The translations under genes and the position numbers were made by a program. The notes under the pieces were generated by a model. It did not search any database and was not told the origin of the DNA. It saw nothing but the letters and a program-made list of their open reading frames with translations. From Malacoraja senta (taxonomy: Eukaryota), in the NCBI GenBank assembly GCA_038087875.1, contig CM075977.1, positions 136,896,001-136,960,000 of the forward strand: 64,000 nt of DNA, in the 5' to 3' direction. Shown one piece after another: positions 12,501 to 25,508 of this stretch. The first letter of the stretch is position 1. Each line of letters opens with the position of its first letter.

Positions 12501-14030
12501 TAAGTAAATAAGTAAGTAAGTAAGTAAGTTTATTGGCCAAGTATTCACATAAAAGGAATTTGCCTTGGTGCTCCACCCACAAGTAACAACATGACATACA
12601 GTGACAGTTACGAATGACTCAGAAAAGCATTAAACATTAATAATAATAAAACATTAATGATAAAACACCATTGATCAAGCATGTGAACCAACAAAATACC
12701 AGATCAAAGGGAGGCTACAGATTTTTGGCTGTTGAGTAGAGCAACTAGTCGTGGATAAAAACTGTTTTTATGTCTGGCTGTGGCAGCTTTAACAATCCGC
12801 AGTCGCCTTCCAGAGGGAAGTGATTCAAAGAGTTTGTGGCCAGGGTGAGAGGGGTCAGAGATGATCTGCCCGCTCGCTTCCTTGCAGTGCACAGTTCATT
12901 AATGGAGGGAAGGTTGCAGCCAATAACCTTCTCTGCTGATCGGACGATTCGCTGCAGCCTCCAGGTGTCGTGCTTGGTGGCTGAGCCAAACCAGACCATG
13001 ATGGAGAAGGTGAGACCAGACTCTACGATGGCCGTGTAGAATTGGACCATCATTGCCTGTGGCAGATTGTGCTTCCTCAGCTGCCGTAGGAAGTACATCC
13101 TATGTTGTGCCTTTTTGACTGTGGAGTCGATGGTGGCCCCCCCACTTAAGGTCCTTGGAGATGATGGTTCCCAGGAACTTAAAAGACTCCACAGATGTGA
13201 CTGTGGTGTTGTTGATGGTGAGTGGGGTGAGGGGAGGGGGAGCTCTCCTAAAGTCTACAATCAATTCCACTGTCTTAAGAGCATTGAGCTCTAGGTTGTT
13301 GCGATGGCACCAGGATGCCAGCTGTGCCACTTCCTGTCTGTAGGCAGATTCCTCCCCATCACACTGGGGTTGTGTCGTCCGCAAACTTGAGAAGCTTGAC
13401 AGAGGTGTCTGTGGATGTGCAGTCGTTGGTGTAGAGAGAGGAGAGGAGAGGAGAGAGTACACAGCCTTGCGGTGTTCCTATGCTGAGCGTTTGCGGGTCC
13501 GAGATGTGCTTTCCCAGCCTCACATGCTGCTTCCTGTCTGTCAGGAAGTTGGTGATCCACTGACAGAGGGGTTCAGGCACAGTCAACTCGGAAAGTTTGG
13601 AGTGTAGTAGCTCTGGCACAATGGTGTTGAATGCAGAGCTAAAATCAACAAACAGGATCCTCGCATAGGTCCCCTGGCGGTCTAAGTGCTGTAGGATGAA
13701 GTGCAGGCCCAGGTTGACTGCATCATCCACAGATCTATTGGCCCAATATGCAAACTGCAGAGGGTCCAGCAGGGAATTTGTGATATTTTTCAGCTTGGCC
13801 AGCACAAGCCTTTCGAGTGTCTTCATGACTACAGAGGTCAGTGCGACAGGCTTGTAGTCATTAAAACAAGTAATCCTTGCCTTTTTTGGTACAGGGACAA
13901 TAGTGGAGACTTTGAAGCAGGCAGGGACAGTACATGTTTGCAGGGACTGATTAAATATGTCTGTATAGACCGGTGCCAGCTGTTTGGCACAGAGCTTAAG
14001 AGTAGAGGGGGAAACATTGACAGGACCAGG
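12500..14030 (-). mobile_element. Rex1/Babar LINE, 5'-truncated and frameshifted, inserted in the Penelope element
   Basis: RT motifs [31 protein letters not shown]; (CTTA)n tail. Confidence 0.92.
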
Positions 14031-14047
14031 TAGGGAATAGAGTCCTA

Positions 14048-14868
14048 AGTGGCAGTGCTTCCCAAGGAGCTGCGGCTCCCCTGCAGTCCGTCTGTCTTTT
14101 CTTTTTTTTTTTTTCTTGTTGTTTTCTTTTGTCCTGTTGTTTAGTATATTTCGTTTATTTTAGTTGTGTATGTGTGTGGGGGGGGTGGGAGAAACTGTTT
14201 TTAGTCTCCTCCTTCGGGGGATGCGACCTTTTCTTGTCGTATCCCCCGTCTCCGCCTCTGTCTGCGCTGAGGCCTAATTGTGGAGCTGGCGGCCTCCAAC
14301 TGGGACCGACCTCGAGGCTCCGGAGGTAGAGCCTGGACTTACTTCGGGGCTGTGGTGGCGTTGCAGCGGCGACCCGACTTCGGAGGCTCGGCCGCGGGCC
14401 CAGTGGACTCGGCCGCGGGCCCAGTGGACGACATCGTCGGGAGCTCGCAGGACCCAGGTTGGTGAACAGTTCTCTGGAGCTCCTGCAATGACAGCTTCGT
14501 CCGCTGGACTGGAGGGTGGCAGCTTCGGCAGATTCGACCGCCGCGGAGTTTGAACCGGCCCATTCGCGGAGCTCGGATTCGGCCGCGGGACTTGCCATCG
14601 CCCGGCGGGGGGCACAACATCGGAAGCCTGGATCGCCTCAATGCAGAGGGAGAACAAGGAAGGAAGAGACATGGACTTTAATACTTTTGCCTTCCATCAC
14701 AGTGAGGAGGTGCCTGGTAGACTTACTGTGGTGGATGTTAAACTGTGTTAAATGTGTGTTTTGTTATTTTATTCTATGTTATGACTGCAAGGTATACAAT
14801 TTCGTTCAGACTGAAATGTCTGAATGACAATAAAGGATACTTTACTTCACTTACTTTACTTTACTTAC
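14048..14868 (+). mobile_element. Non-autonomous GC-rich retroelement with Rex1-type tail (copy 2)
   Basis: Same modules as 1283-2127, including GCCTTCCATCACAGTGAG, TGACAATAAA and a (TTTAC/TTAC)n tail. Confidence 0.7.
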
Positions 14869-15400
14869 AGGAAGCAGGGTGGGAAGAAGTGTATTACAGA
14901 TAGACATGGGAGTCAGTGGGTTTGGAGTAGATATCGGTCAGTAGTCTGTTACCTGCGATGGAGATAGTGAGATTAAGAAACGGTAGGGAGATGTTGGTAA
15001 TGGTCCTGGTGAATTTGAGTGCCGGATGGAAGTTAGTGGTGAAATTGGTGAAGTCAGTGAGTTCTGCATGGGTGCAGGAGGTGGCACCAATACAGTCTTC
15101 AATGTAGCGCAGGTAGAGTTTGGGGATAAGGCCATGGTACGCCTCGAACAAGGATTGTTCGACGTACCCTACAAAGAGGCAGGCAGAGCTGGGGCCCATG
15201 TGCGTGCCCAGAGCTATGCCTTGGATTTGGAGTAAATGGGAGGAGTCAAAGTAAAGTTGTTGAGGGTAAGGACCAGCTCCGCTAAACGGAGAGTATCCGT
15301 AGACGGGGATTGGTTGGTTCTGTGGTCGAGGAAGAAACGGAGGGCTTTTAGACCCTCCTGGGGGGGGGGGGGGGATGGAGGTGTAGAGTGAATGGACAAA
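14868..15400 (-). mobile_element. Penelope-like element, RT part, continuing 11478-12500
   Basis: MGPSSACLFVG...YLRYIEDCIG (YIDD decayed)...FHPALKFT...IYSKPTDSH. Confidence 0.9.
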
Positions 15401-16149
15401 TTATTCACGTTATATTAACTGAAATATTATATTATACTTGAAATATTATTTAGTTCCTTTTTTCTTTCCACAGATGTTTCATGACCTGCTGAGTCTCCAG
15501 CATTTCTGATTTCCAATATTTGCAGCATTAAAACAAAACTTTCTGTTCAAATAAAACAGCTGGAGTAAAGTAGATGGTAACACATTAAAAAAAAAAAATT
15601 CCAGTGGAATTCCTAAATGCAATAATTACTTATTTTACTTTATTGTCAGAAATAAGGAACTCAAGTTTAATCTATTATTTCCTATGTGATAATTGTTTAG
15701 CAAAGTTATGATGATTATATCCTGGGTTGCATTAGTTTCCATTGAAATTAATAGAACTGAATTTTGGGAAAGACGGACAATGTACTTCTGCTGCTGCATT
15801 GCATATTTAGTGCATCAGCCTGAGGATAAATTTCTACCTCTACATATGCTACAGATAAATCCTCGGGCCATTTATGATGGATAACTCAACCAAATCAAAA
15901 TAATTATCAAGTGATGCAGTGGGTGGGAAAATAAAGCATTATTGGCCCTAAATATTCAGCCTTTAGACCCAGATGTTAACAGTTTGACTATAATCACCAT
16001 TTTTATTGCATGAAGCAGTTATAGCTTTTTAATTTGCATCTTAATTCATTGTCTTTTCCCCTGTCTAATTTCTTGGAAAGTAGTTAAAATAAATTCATGA
16101 AAATGCACATATGTCCAGTTTCTATTTTCTTTTTTGAGACAAGGTCATT

Positions 16150-17620
16150 GGAGATTCTGATCGTTGGCAACATGGAATAGTCCTTGTTTGAAGCCTATTC
16201 TGGCACACCCCTTCCCTTCTCAATTCCTCCTCTGCTATATTGACTGCTGCATCTATGTTGCTTCCTATACTCAAGCAGAACTAGTCAATGGCTTCACCTC
16301 TGCCATCAAATTCACCTGGACTATTTTGCACTTTTCTGTTTCTACATATCTTGGTCTCCATCTCAGGAAACAGACTTGCCACTGTATTGCCACAGCTACC
16401 TATAATATAAGTCCTCCCAACCGATCTCCTGTCAGGACGTCATCTCCTTTTCTCAGTTTCTCCATCTCCGCTGCATCTTCTCTGAAGATGAAACCATCTA
16501 CACCAGGGCTTCTGAAATATCCCATATCATCTATAAATGTGGCATCACCTCTGCCATAGTTGATGCAGCCTCCACAAGCTCCATACATATCAGCTCTCAA
16601 CCCTCACATACTCCCCGGAGAGAACTGTAATAGAGCTCCCTTGGTGCTCACCTTTCATTCAACCAGCCTCCACATCCAACACAGTTCCAATGTGATCCTG
16701 TCATGAGTTTCTGGTTGCAGGACAATTTTAACTCCTTCTCACTGCCTTTGCTCTCCTCCCATGGAAGGAACAAGGATAGAGTACCCCTGGTCTTCACCCT
16801 TCACCCTTCACCCAATCATATTCCGCATCCAACACATCATTCTCCGACATTTCCACCACCTTCCACGTGATCTCATTGCCAGTCACATTTTCCCATCTCC
16901 TCCTTCCGCTTTCCATGGAGATAATTATTTCCACAGCTCCTTGGTTTGCTTATCCATTCCCACCCAACCTGATCCTTCCCATCACTGATCCTTCCCAGGC
17001 ACCTTCCTCTGCAATCACAGGCTATGTGACACCTGTCCCGGCATATCCTCTTGCACTTTCATCCAGGGACCACAACAACCCTTCCAGGTGAATCAGGTTC
17101 AGTTATACCTCTTGCAAACTCGTCTATTGCATTCATTGATCCCGACGTGGTCTTCTTGATATCAGCTAGCCCAAGCGTACACTAAGTGAGTAGGAAGGAA
17201 CTGCAGATGCTGGTTTAAACCAACGATAGACACAAGGAGTAACTCAGCGGTTCAGACAGCATCTCTGGAGAAAAGGAATAGGTGACGTTTCGGGTTGAGA
17301 CCCTTCTTCAGACTGAGAGTCAGCCCCCGATTCAGTCTGAAGAAGATTCTCGACCCAAAACATCACCTATTCCTTTTCTCCAGAGATGCTGTCTGATCCA
17401 TATACTGTGGTTGTTTCACAAAACCCTTGCCTTCTGCCCACCAAGGCCTGCTGAAACTACTGTTTGCTAATTAGTCCCATGCGGGCCTTTCTGTCCTTGG
17501 CCTCATTCATTGCCAGAGTGAAGCCACGAGTAAACTGAATGAATGACATTCAATTACCTCTCCAGTAGCCTACAACCCAATGGTATGAACATTGATTTCT
17601 ATAATTTCGAGTAATAACCC
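16150..17620 (+). mobile_element. Old degenerate Penelope-like element
   Basis: Remnants FLLCYIDCCI, IKFTWT, IQHIILRHFHHL...HIFPSPP homologous to the 11.5-15.4 kb copy; many stops and frameshifts. Confidence 0.75.
17190..17400. mobile_element. Palindromic Penelope-derived mini-element with hammerhead motifs
   Basis: Minus-strand CTGAAGAAGGGTCTCAACCCGAAACGTC at about 17284-17311; a degenerate plus copy follows. Confidence 0.75.
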
Positions 17621-17814
17621 AGCTGGAGGGATTGGACATGCAATGTTTTGGGTTGGGACCCATCTTCATCACTAATATGCAGCAATCCTTTAACAAAATT
17701 GGAAAATATGTTGCAATATTGATTTAAAACCATGCATTTAAGAAATGTTAAGGAGTCTAGCTACTGGAAACTATTTTGATAACTTGTTAACTACCCAACC
17801 TCTATTATAGTAAA

Positions 17815-18008
17815 AAAAAGACACAAAATGCTGGAGTAACTCAGTGGGTCTGGCAGCAACCCATGAACAGGTGAGGTTTTGAAGGTCCTAACCAAAAAGG
17901 TCCTCACCTATCCATGTTCTCCAGGGATACTGCCTGATCCCTCTGAGTTATTCCAGCACATTTTGTCTTCTTTATAAATCAGCATCTGCAGTTCCTTGTC
18001 TCTACTAC
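17815..18008. mobile_element. Palindromic Penelope-derived mini-element, degenerate
   Basis: gacacaaaatgctggagtaactcag ... ctgagttattccagcacattttgtc inverted ends; imperfect TSD tattatagta/tattttagta. Confidence 0.65.
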
Positions 18009-18104
18009 TTTATTTTAGTATACTGTGCTTCTCAGTACCTTTATTGAACAAAATGTGATAATTTAAGGTTGATAACCGAACTTTAATAAGAAATACTCTC
18101 AAGG

Positions 18105-18390
18105 ATTCAGGAGCATGAGAGTGATCTCACTGAAATATAGAAGTTTCTTCAGAGGATAAATTTAGGTTTGATGCATTCCGCTGAGATATCCAGAACGGTT
18201 AGTCACAATCTTAAAATAAGGGGCAGCCATTCAAGACAAAGATAAAGATAAATTCCCAGAGCATAGTGAATCTTTGGAATCCTTCATCTAGGAGAGCTGT
18301 GGAGGATCAGTTGTTGAACATATTCAAAAGTGAAATTGACAGATCGTTAGATATGTAGGGAATCATTGAATATGGGATTAGCACAGGAAA
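18105..18390 (+). mobile_element. Degenerate CR1 3' fragment
   Basis: cacaatcttaaaataagggg...cagagcatagtgaatctttggaatcc. Confidence 0.6.
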
Positions 18391-19203
18391 AAAGACCCTG
18401 AAGGGGAAAAAAGTCAGAGATTAAACAATAGAGCTTCATCTCACCATCTTGTCAAGTTGCATGAAACTTTTAGTGCATACGTTGAGTGTTGACAACATTA
18501 GCGAAAAATGCTTGTGAATTTTCCTACTACAATAAATATCACTGGACCACCTAGAGATCCAAACTTAATGAGCATATTATCGGTAATTAATTCAGCTCCA
18601 TCACACTGTTAAGCTCAATAATTTCTCTCTGCTAATTCCCTGATGGTGGTGTTAACACTCATCATTTAAACATGATTTTAAAAATGAGCCAATAAAAAAA
18701 AAACCCTGTTAAATCTCTGCATTGGAAGGATTCTATTGAGAAGGGGTGAAAATTTGTGGCTCTGGAGTATTTTACAGCATATTTCCATTGCCTCTAGGTT
18801 GGCATATTGCTTTTCCATCTGGTACAGACTGTATCTTGGGACAGATCCCAAACTTCTCAAGGGAAAACAAATTATTCTCAGAGGGATCGATAACACCTTG
18901 AAATTCTATTACATGCTCCCAGAGAAGCCTTTATGAAGTTATCAGCTGCCTTGTAAAACTTTCTCCTGTGTGGGTCTCTGTTCATTTAGGGTACACATCT
19001 TGACAATGGAACCCTTTCCACATGAGATTTAAGATGGTGTCAAATCAATTGGGAATCTATTTCAAATATGAAAAATATCTACCCTAGCACAATGCTAATA
19101 TCAGAATTCAAGAATATGAAGTTTATTATAATTATTGTACTAGTATTATTTTTGGACAAAAAAATTCGGATTGTGAACATATTCTTTGAGAAGATCCTCA
19201 ACT

Positions 19204-19246
19204 AAATAGTCTGAAGAAGGGTGTCGACCCGAAACGTCACCTATTC
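19204..19246 (+). ncRNA. Minimal type I hammerhead ribozyme motif in a Penelope-derived fragment (to about 19320)
   Basis: aatagt-CTGAAGA-a-GGGT-gtcg-ACCC-GAAA-CG-TC-acctatt; the flanks can form stem I with one bulge. Confidence 0.6.
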
Positions 19247-19325
19247 CTTTTCTCCAGAGATGCTGCCCGACCCAAAATGCTGGAGTAACTTAGCAGACCA
19301 GGCAGCTTTTTGTGTCTCACATTAA

Positions 19326-19848
19326 AGGGTCTGACCCACTTTCCCGAGTTATTCACGAATTCTCCTCAGTTATTCACAAATTCTCCCGAGTTTTCAAACT
19401 CGCAGAATGTTCGTAACGAGTCCGTAGGAGGCCGAAGGAGTCCGTGGATATATTGTAGCGGCTGGTAATGCCAGTCATAGGTACTCGGGGCATCAGGTAA
19501 GTCAGGACGTTTTTTCCAGCCTGATGAAAAATGTCCACGAGTAAAAAAATAACCCCGAGTACCTACGGCTGGCATTACGAGCCGCTATGATATCCACGGA
19601 CTCCTACGGCCTCCTACGGCTGGCATAACGAGCCGCTACGATATCCACAGACTCCTACGGCCTCTTACGGCTGGCATAACGAGCCGCTACGATATCCACG
19701 GACTACTACGGCCTCCTACGGACTGGCATAACGAGCCGCTACGATATCCACAGACTCCTACGGCCTCCTACGGACTCGTTACGAACATTCTGCGAGTTTG
19801 AAAACTCGGGAGAATTCGTGCATAACTCGGGAAAGTGGGGCAGGCCCT
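19326..19848. mobile_element. MITE with TTAA target duplication and AGGG termini (Kolobok/T2-like; Harbinger not excluded)
   Basis: TTAA at 19322-19325 and 19849-19852; long inverted arms (agggtctgacccactttcccgagttattcacgaattctcc). Confidence 0.8.
19563..19775. repeat. Minisatellite, four 51-52-bp units inside the MITE
   Basis: TGGCAT recurs at 19570, 19621, 19672 and 19724. Confidence 0.9.
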
Positions 19849-20513
19849 TTAAGGAAGCAGGCGGAGTAAGTAATTTGAAGTTTAAACTTCCATTGCAGTA
19901 TTTAATACTAAGTATCTTTTATAGACAATAATATATTGGGCCTAACCGTGCTTGATCTGACCTGCAACCTGTGCTGGTGACCCCATGCTATTTCCACTTT
20001 TTACTTTGAGCCGAACAGGTCCAGCAGTTAGTCATAGAAATGAGTGGACCAAAAATAGCATAATGACCATCAGTCATTTCCCCCAGACCAGACCACATGG
20101 CGGACCTTTGATAGCATGCTGTTTTCAATGATTACCATTACTATTTTTAAATGTCTCTGATAATTAAAGACATTTAAAATCTGTTGAGACATTTTTAAAT
20201 GATAAAATATTTAAAATATTTAAAAGTATAAAATGTATTCATTTTACATATTCCAGTTATTAAATGATGTTTATTAAACAACTATTCTTCTATTTCTTAT
20301 GTATTGGTCCCATAAATAACACATAGAATTTTGGATTAAAGGTAATTAAAAGGAACTTCTCCGGTAATTTTTTAGCTTCTATAACTGTTTTGATAATCAG
20401 TAGATGTGCTGTTTTGGGGTTTAAAATTCCTTGGTGTCAAATTGGGAGAGCTTCCAAGAAAGTTACAACATATACTACTTTCCGCATTCTGAAATACATA
20501 CAGCTTTTAAGAG

Positions 20514-20603
20514 CAGTTCAGTTTAGTTTATTGTCACATGTAACGAGGTACAGTGAAAAGCTTTCGTTGCTTGCTAACCAGTCAGCAGAAAGACATTACA
20601 TGA
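20514..20603 (-). mobile_element. Rex1-type 3' tail fragment
   Basis: agtttattgtcacatgt...cagtgaaaagcttt...aaccagtcagc. Confidence 0.65.
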
Positions 20604-20651
20604 AAGACAATATATGTCCATATATGGCAGATTTATATTAAGCACCCTTTA

Positions 20652-21470
20652 AAACATAGAAAATTGGTACAGGAGGAGGCCATTTGGCTCTTCGAGCCTG
20701 CACCGCCATTCATTGTGATCATGGCTGATCATCCACAATCAGTAACCCATGCCTGCCTTCATCCAATATCCCTTGATTCCGCTAGCCCCTAGAGCTCTAT
20801 CTAACTCTCTTTTAAATTCATCCAGTGAATTGGCCTCTAGTGCCTTCCGTGGCAGAGAATTCCACAAATTCACAACTCTCTGGGTGAAAAGGTTTTTTCT
20901 CATCAGTTTTAAATGGCCTCCCCTTTATTCTTAGACTGTGGCCCCCTGGTTCTGAACTCCCCCAACATTGGGAAAGTTTTTCCTGCATCTAGCTTGTCCA
21001 GTCCTTTAATAAATTTATACTTTTCTATAAGATCCCCCCTCATTATTTCTAAATTCCAGTGAATACAAGCCCAGTCTTTCCAATCTTTCCTCATATGACA
21101 GTCCCGCCATCCCAGGGATTAACCTCATGAACCTACGCTGTATTGCCTTAATAGCAAGGATGTCACTCAAATTAAGAGACCAAAACTGCACACAATACTC
21201 CAGATGTGGTCTCACCAGGGCCCTCCCTGTACAACTGCAGAAGGACCTCTATACTCAAATCCTCTCGTTATGAAGGCCAACATGCCATTAGCTTACTTCA
21301 CTGCCTGCCGTACCTGCATATTTATTTCAGTGACTCATGTACAAGAACACCCAGGTCTCATTGCACTTCCCTTTTTCCTAATCTGACACCACTGAGGTAA
21401 TAATCTGCCTCCTTGTTCTTGCTGCCAAAGTGGATAACCTGACATTTATCTACATTATACTGCATCTGCC
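20652..21470 (-). mobile_element. CR1/HER1 LINE 3' portion
   Basis: RPHLEYCVQFWS...QRRFMRLIPGMAGLSYEERL; CR1 3' UTR. Confidence 0.9.
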
Positions 21471-21682
21471 AATTATTTAATATTATTAAACAATTATTTG
21501 ACACTTTTATTTAAATGAATAAGTATTAGAAGTTATTATAACAAGAGTCTAACACATATGCAGTTATGCTTCAATATTCATCGAATCCTTTCTTGTGTAG
21601 TGTCAACCATACACTTCAGATTTGATGTGTACCAAAGTTTCGCAACAGCACCAAATTTATGAAGCAAGGGATAAATACTAAA

Positions 21683-21770
21683 GATAGACACAAAAAGCTA
21701 GAGTAACTCAGCAGGACAGGCAGCATCTCTTGGAAGAAGGATTGGGTGATGTTTCGGGTCGAGACCCTTC
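21683..21770 (-). mobile_element. Short Penelope-derived insertion with 9-bp TSD
   Basis: AATACTAAA at 21674-21682 and 21771-21779. Confidence 0.7.
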
Positions 21771-21991
21771 AATACTAAATATGTGTGTTTAGTGCATACT
21801 ACTGAGGATGAATTTCAATTGATATGTTACAACACTTTATGAACCAGAGATGTAGAAACATAGAATCATATAGCACAGAAGTAAACCACTTCGACACCAC
21901 CTGGTGTTGCCAAGCCTGATGCCATTATCTGTAACTCTACCAACTATGGCATTATCTGCCAAACTAAACATATCCACCACATTCTCAACCA

Positions 21992-22118
21992 AGTTTAGTT
22001 TAGATTAGTTCAGAGACAGCGTGGAAACAGGTGCTTTGGCACACAAAGACCACGCCGACCAGTAATCCCCACACACTAACACTATCTTACACACATTGGG
22101 GACAATTTACAATTTTAC
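21992..22118 (-). mobile_element. HE1 SINE 3' half (5' half at 27081-27227)
   Basis: Tail and 3' body stop at acaatttacaattttac, where the DIRS element begins. Confidence 0.8.
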
Positions 22119-22250
22119 TTCGGAGTCACATGAGTGATTCCGTGAAGAAGTCCCGCCAGTGCGCATGCGCGTCATTACGTCAGCCGCATTGGCGCACGGA
22201 GGCTGTGAGGAGCAGAGCTCCTCCAGTGGTAAGTATTTTCAACTCCAAGG

Positions 22251-23291
22251 TAGGTATGTTACAAAACTTACCTTCAGTCGCGCTGTAATTCTGCCACTGT
22301 CCTTGTGCGCGATTTTGGCGCCTTTAAGGGGGGGTGGGGTTAAAACGCGGGTTTCTCCTCTCTTGTCCTGGTTAATATTTTGTTGGAGTACAAGCGTTGG
22401 CTGACAAATCGTTCCTAGTGGCGATTTGTGTATTTTTTATTTTTATTAAATCGTCAATGTCAGCGCTAGAGTAATTTTAAAATCAGCTCCTGAAGCGTCA
22501 ACGCCGATAACGGGGACGGATTTCACACACGGGACAGGTAAACAAAAGTGGTTTCTTTAAATGTATAAAAGTGCTTCTTAAGAAGCCTTTAATTCACATT
22601 TTTTCATGCGACACGGTGATTTTATTCCCCGAATTAACGGCAGTATTTTTCATGCCAATACGGGGTTAAATTCACCGCAAATGAACGTTCCAAAAGATCA
22701 CGTTCCAGAAATCCTCACTCACAAGATGATTTAAATCCCCATTAATTTACAGGTATTAAACATTCAATTCCTTCCATTTGGCCTGTAAATTCATGAAAAT
22801 GAGAATTAAAAATTATGTTATATTGTGAATTATTGTGTGAATGTTATTTGGACACTTAGGCTATTTAAAAATGTTAATCTATTCTTAAGAAATTGATGGA
22901 TGTTTAGATCTAGAAATTGAATTTTTTAATTAGCTACAATTAGGTAACTAACTAATTATATGCTTTGCTTTCATGTCTTCGAAGTAAGATTGTTTCATAT
23001 TTGTTTCAGAATGCTTCAATCTATAATAACTGAAAATTTCTTTCAGTTATCATAATTTTTAAGAAAGTTATGGGCTTTTAACTGTCCTCAATCACAGCTT
23101 TTGTGTTAAGTCAATGGAAAAGCAATAGGGAACTAGATGCTAATTTCTGAGTATGATAATGGCCATAACTTTTTTAATACTGAAGATATGAAAGTGAATT
23201 AAGTGTCAAATTAAACTTCTTTTTATGCTTTATCTGATGGGATAAATTGCAGACTTTATTTTTTTAATCTCAAAATTTTGTAACATTGCTA
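22251..23291. mobile_element. 1041-bp non-autonomous TIR element inserted in the DIRS 5' region
   Basis: TIRs TAGGTATGTTACAAAA and TAGCAATGTTACAAAA (14/16); TCCAAGG duplicated at 22244-22250 and 23292-23298. Confidence 0.85.
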
Positions 23292-25508
23292 TCCAAGGTA
23301 AGTGAAAAAACGTTGTTGGACTTTCCGGTCCGTTTACTGTGGTGCTCTGTTGGACAGATTTTCGCAGGCGCCATGGACAAGACGGGCAAGGGCAAGAGGC
23401 GAGCCGCGAAACCAGTAGACAGCCGTGGGAGTGCGGTAGGTGAAGGGCTGCCTCATACCCCTGTACAGTCGCCGGCTGGGAGCGTGGCGACTGTGGACGG
23501 GTTTAAAAACAACGGAGCCAGCGCCAGTCGGGCGCAAGGCAACGCACAAGTCCGTCAGGCCCATGGAGGAGGAGCCGGGTTGGGAGGATTCACCTCCGGG
23601 ACTGGTTACCGCTTTTGAGCGGATATCCCAAATGGAGAGCCTGTTATACAGGTTGCTCGAACAAGGCACACTCAGGGAGGAGTGGAGTCAGAGCCAGGCT
23701 GGAGAAGCCAGGCCAGCAGCACCTAGTAAAGGGCTGCTTGAGAGCACCCTCATTGATGAGGCGCGTGCACTGGGTCAGCAGAGTCCTGACCCCGACTCTG
23801 ACGGTGAGGCCGATTCAAGCGAAGAACGGCAGCTGCCAGATGTTCCACCTCTGGCAGTATGATTCGCTGCCCCGTCTGAGTCCAGAGAGCCACTGGGAGA
23901 AGAGTTGGCCTCCACGATCAACTATTTGGTCTCCCATCAGCTCCAGCAGCTTACGATGGATGAAACTGCCAAAAAGCACGAGACCCCGAGTAACTGTGTG
24001 CTATTAAAAGCACCGGCAGTGAACCAGGTCATATGGGGTCAGATGGGCGTGGGCATGCGAGCCCAAGAAATAAAATTGCAGAGAATTTTGAAGCTGCTGG
24101 GTTCAGGAATAACGGCGTTTGCAAGAACGATGGATGGAGGGCAGGTGACAGAGTTGCATCAAGAGGCACTGGGATTGCTATGTAGCGCCCACTTCGAGAT
24201 CAATTGTCTCAGGAAGGGTGCCATTCAGCCCACCATCAACCCCAAGTTTGCAGCACTCTGTAAGCCCAGCAACGTGCAGCCACCCAACTTAATCTTCAGA
24301 GAAGACCTCGCGAAACGGTTAAAAGAGTTGGATAACGAGGCAAAAATGGCAGGGTTGATCAAAACACCGATGGTCAGCAAGTCTGTGAAGAGGAGGTATC
24401 CCTACAGATGACATACAGATCCTGGGCCTACAACCAGGACCAAGTCGGCTGTCGACACAGGTGCGCAGTTGGCGCCCTGCAGCGGGAACACGGACAACCG
24501 TGGGGTTTCCCACCAGGGACCACAGGTCACTCAGGTTACCAAGGAGGTAGGTGGGCCTGGTTCTCATGGGAACATATTAAAGGCAAAACAGCGAAGGGTT
24601 GGGGGCAGATTACATTTGTTCTATAAGAATTGGAAACAAATTACTTCAGATCCATTTATTCTGAGTATTATTCAAGGGTTTCGAATTCAGTTCGATCCAA
24701 ATGGTGATTTGCCCTCCAGCATGTTCCTAGTAGAACACTCCATTTTTCACAAAAAGAAGTCATGGAGGTTCAGGTTGAACTTGACAATTTGTGTAATAAA
24801 GGAGTAATTGAAAGGTCGGTTTATCAAGCCCACCAATTTGTGTCTAATATTTTTCCCCGACCTAAAAAGGACGGAGGATGTAGAATTATTTTGGATCTGA
24901 CAAGTCTTAATCCTTTTGTACAGTATAGACACTTCAAAATGGAAACATTTGTGACTGCCAAACATCTTTTTTCCAGACCATGTTATATGGCAACTATAGA
25001 TCTGAAAGATGCATATTATCTCAGTGTCTGTTCATTTGAAAGAATATTCACTAAATTGTTAAAGCCAATACTGGGGCTACTTAGAGTCCAGGGTCATGTG
25101 GTGATGGATTAACTGGATGATATCCTAATTATAGGACGAACAACAGAATTAGCTGAGTCATCTGTGGAAGTTGTTAAATCCACTTTACAAAGTTTTTTTT
25201 TTTTTAAATTCATTCAGAGAAATCAAGATTAACACCACTTACAAGAATTGATTATTTGGGTTTCACAATTGATTCAATTCGTATGGTAGTAACTTTGCCC
25301 AAGGAAAAAAGGGTGGAGCTAATTGACGGTTGCATTAACCTGTTGAATGAGCAACGACCTTCAATTAGACAGGTGGCCAGCTTGCTGGGAAAATTAGTGG
25401 CAGCTTTTCCGGCAGTGCAATATGGGCCATTGGACTACCAGCAGCTAGAAAAGGCCAAAGGAACAGGCACTGAGGATGCATTGTGGCCATTTTGATAGGC
25501 CCATGCAG

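Noticed and set aside
19563-19775. CRISPR-like array
   Set aside because: Contiguous tandem units with no unique spacers, inside a MITE, and no cas genes.
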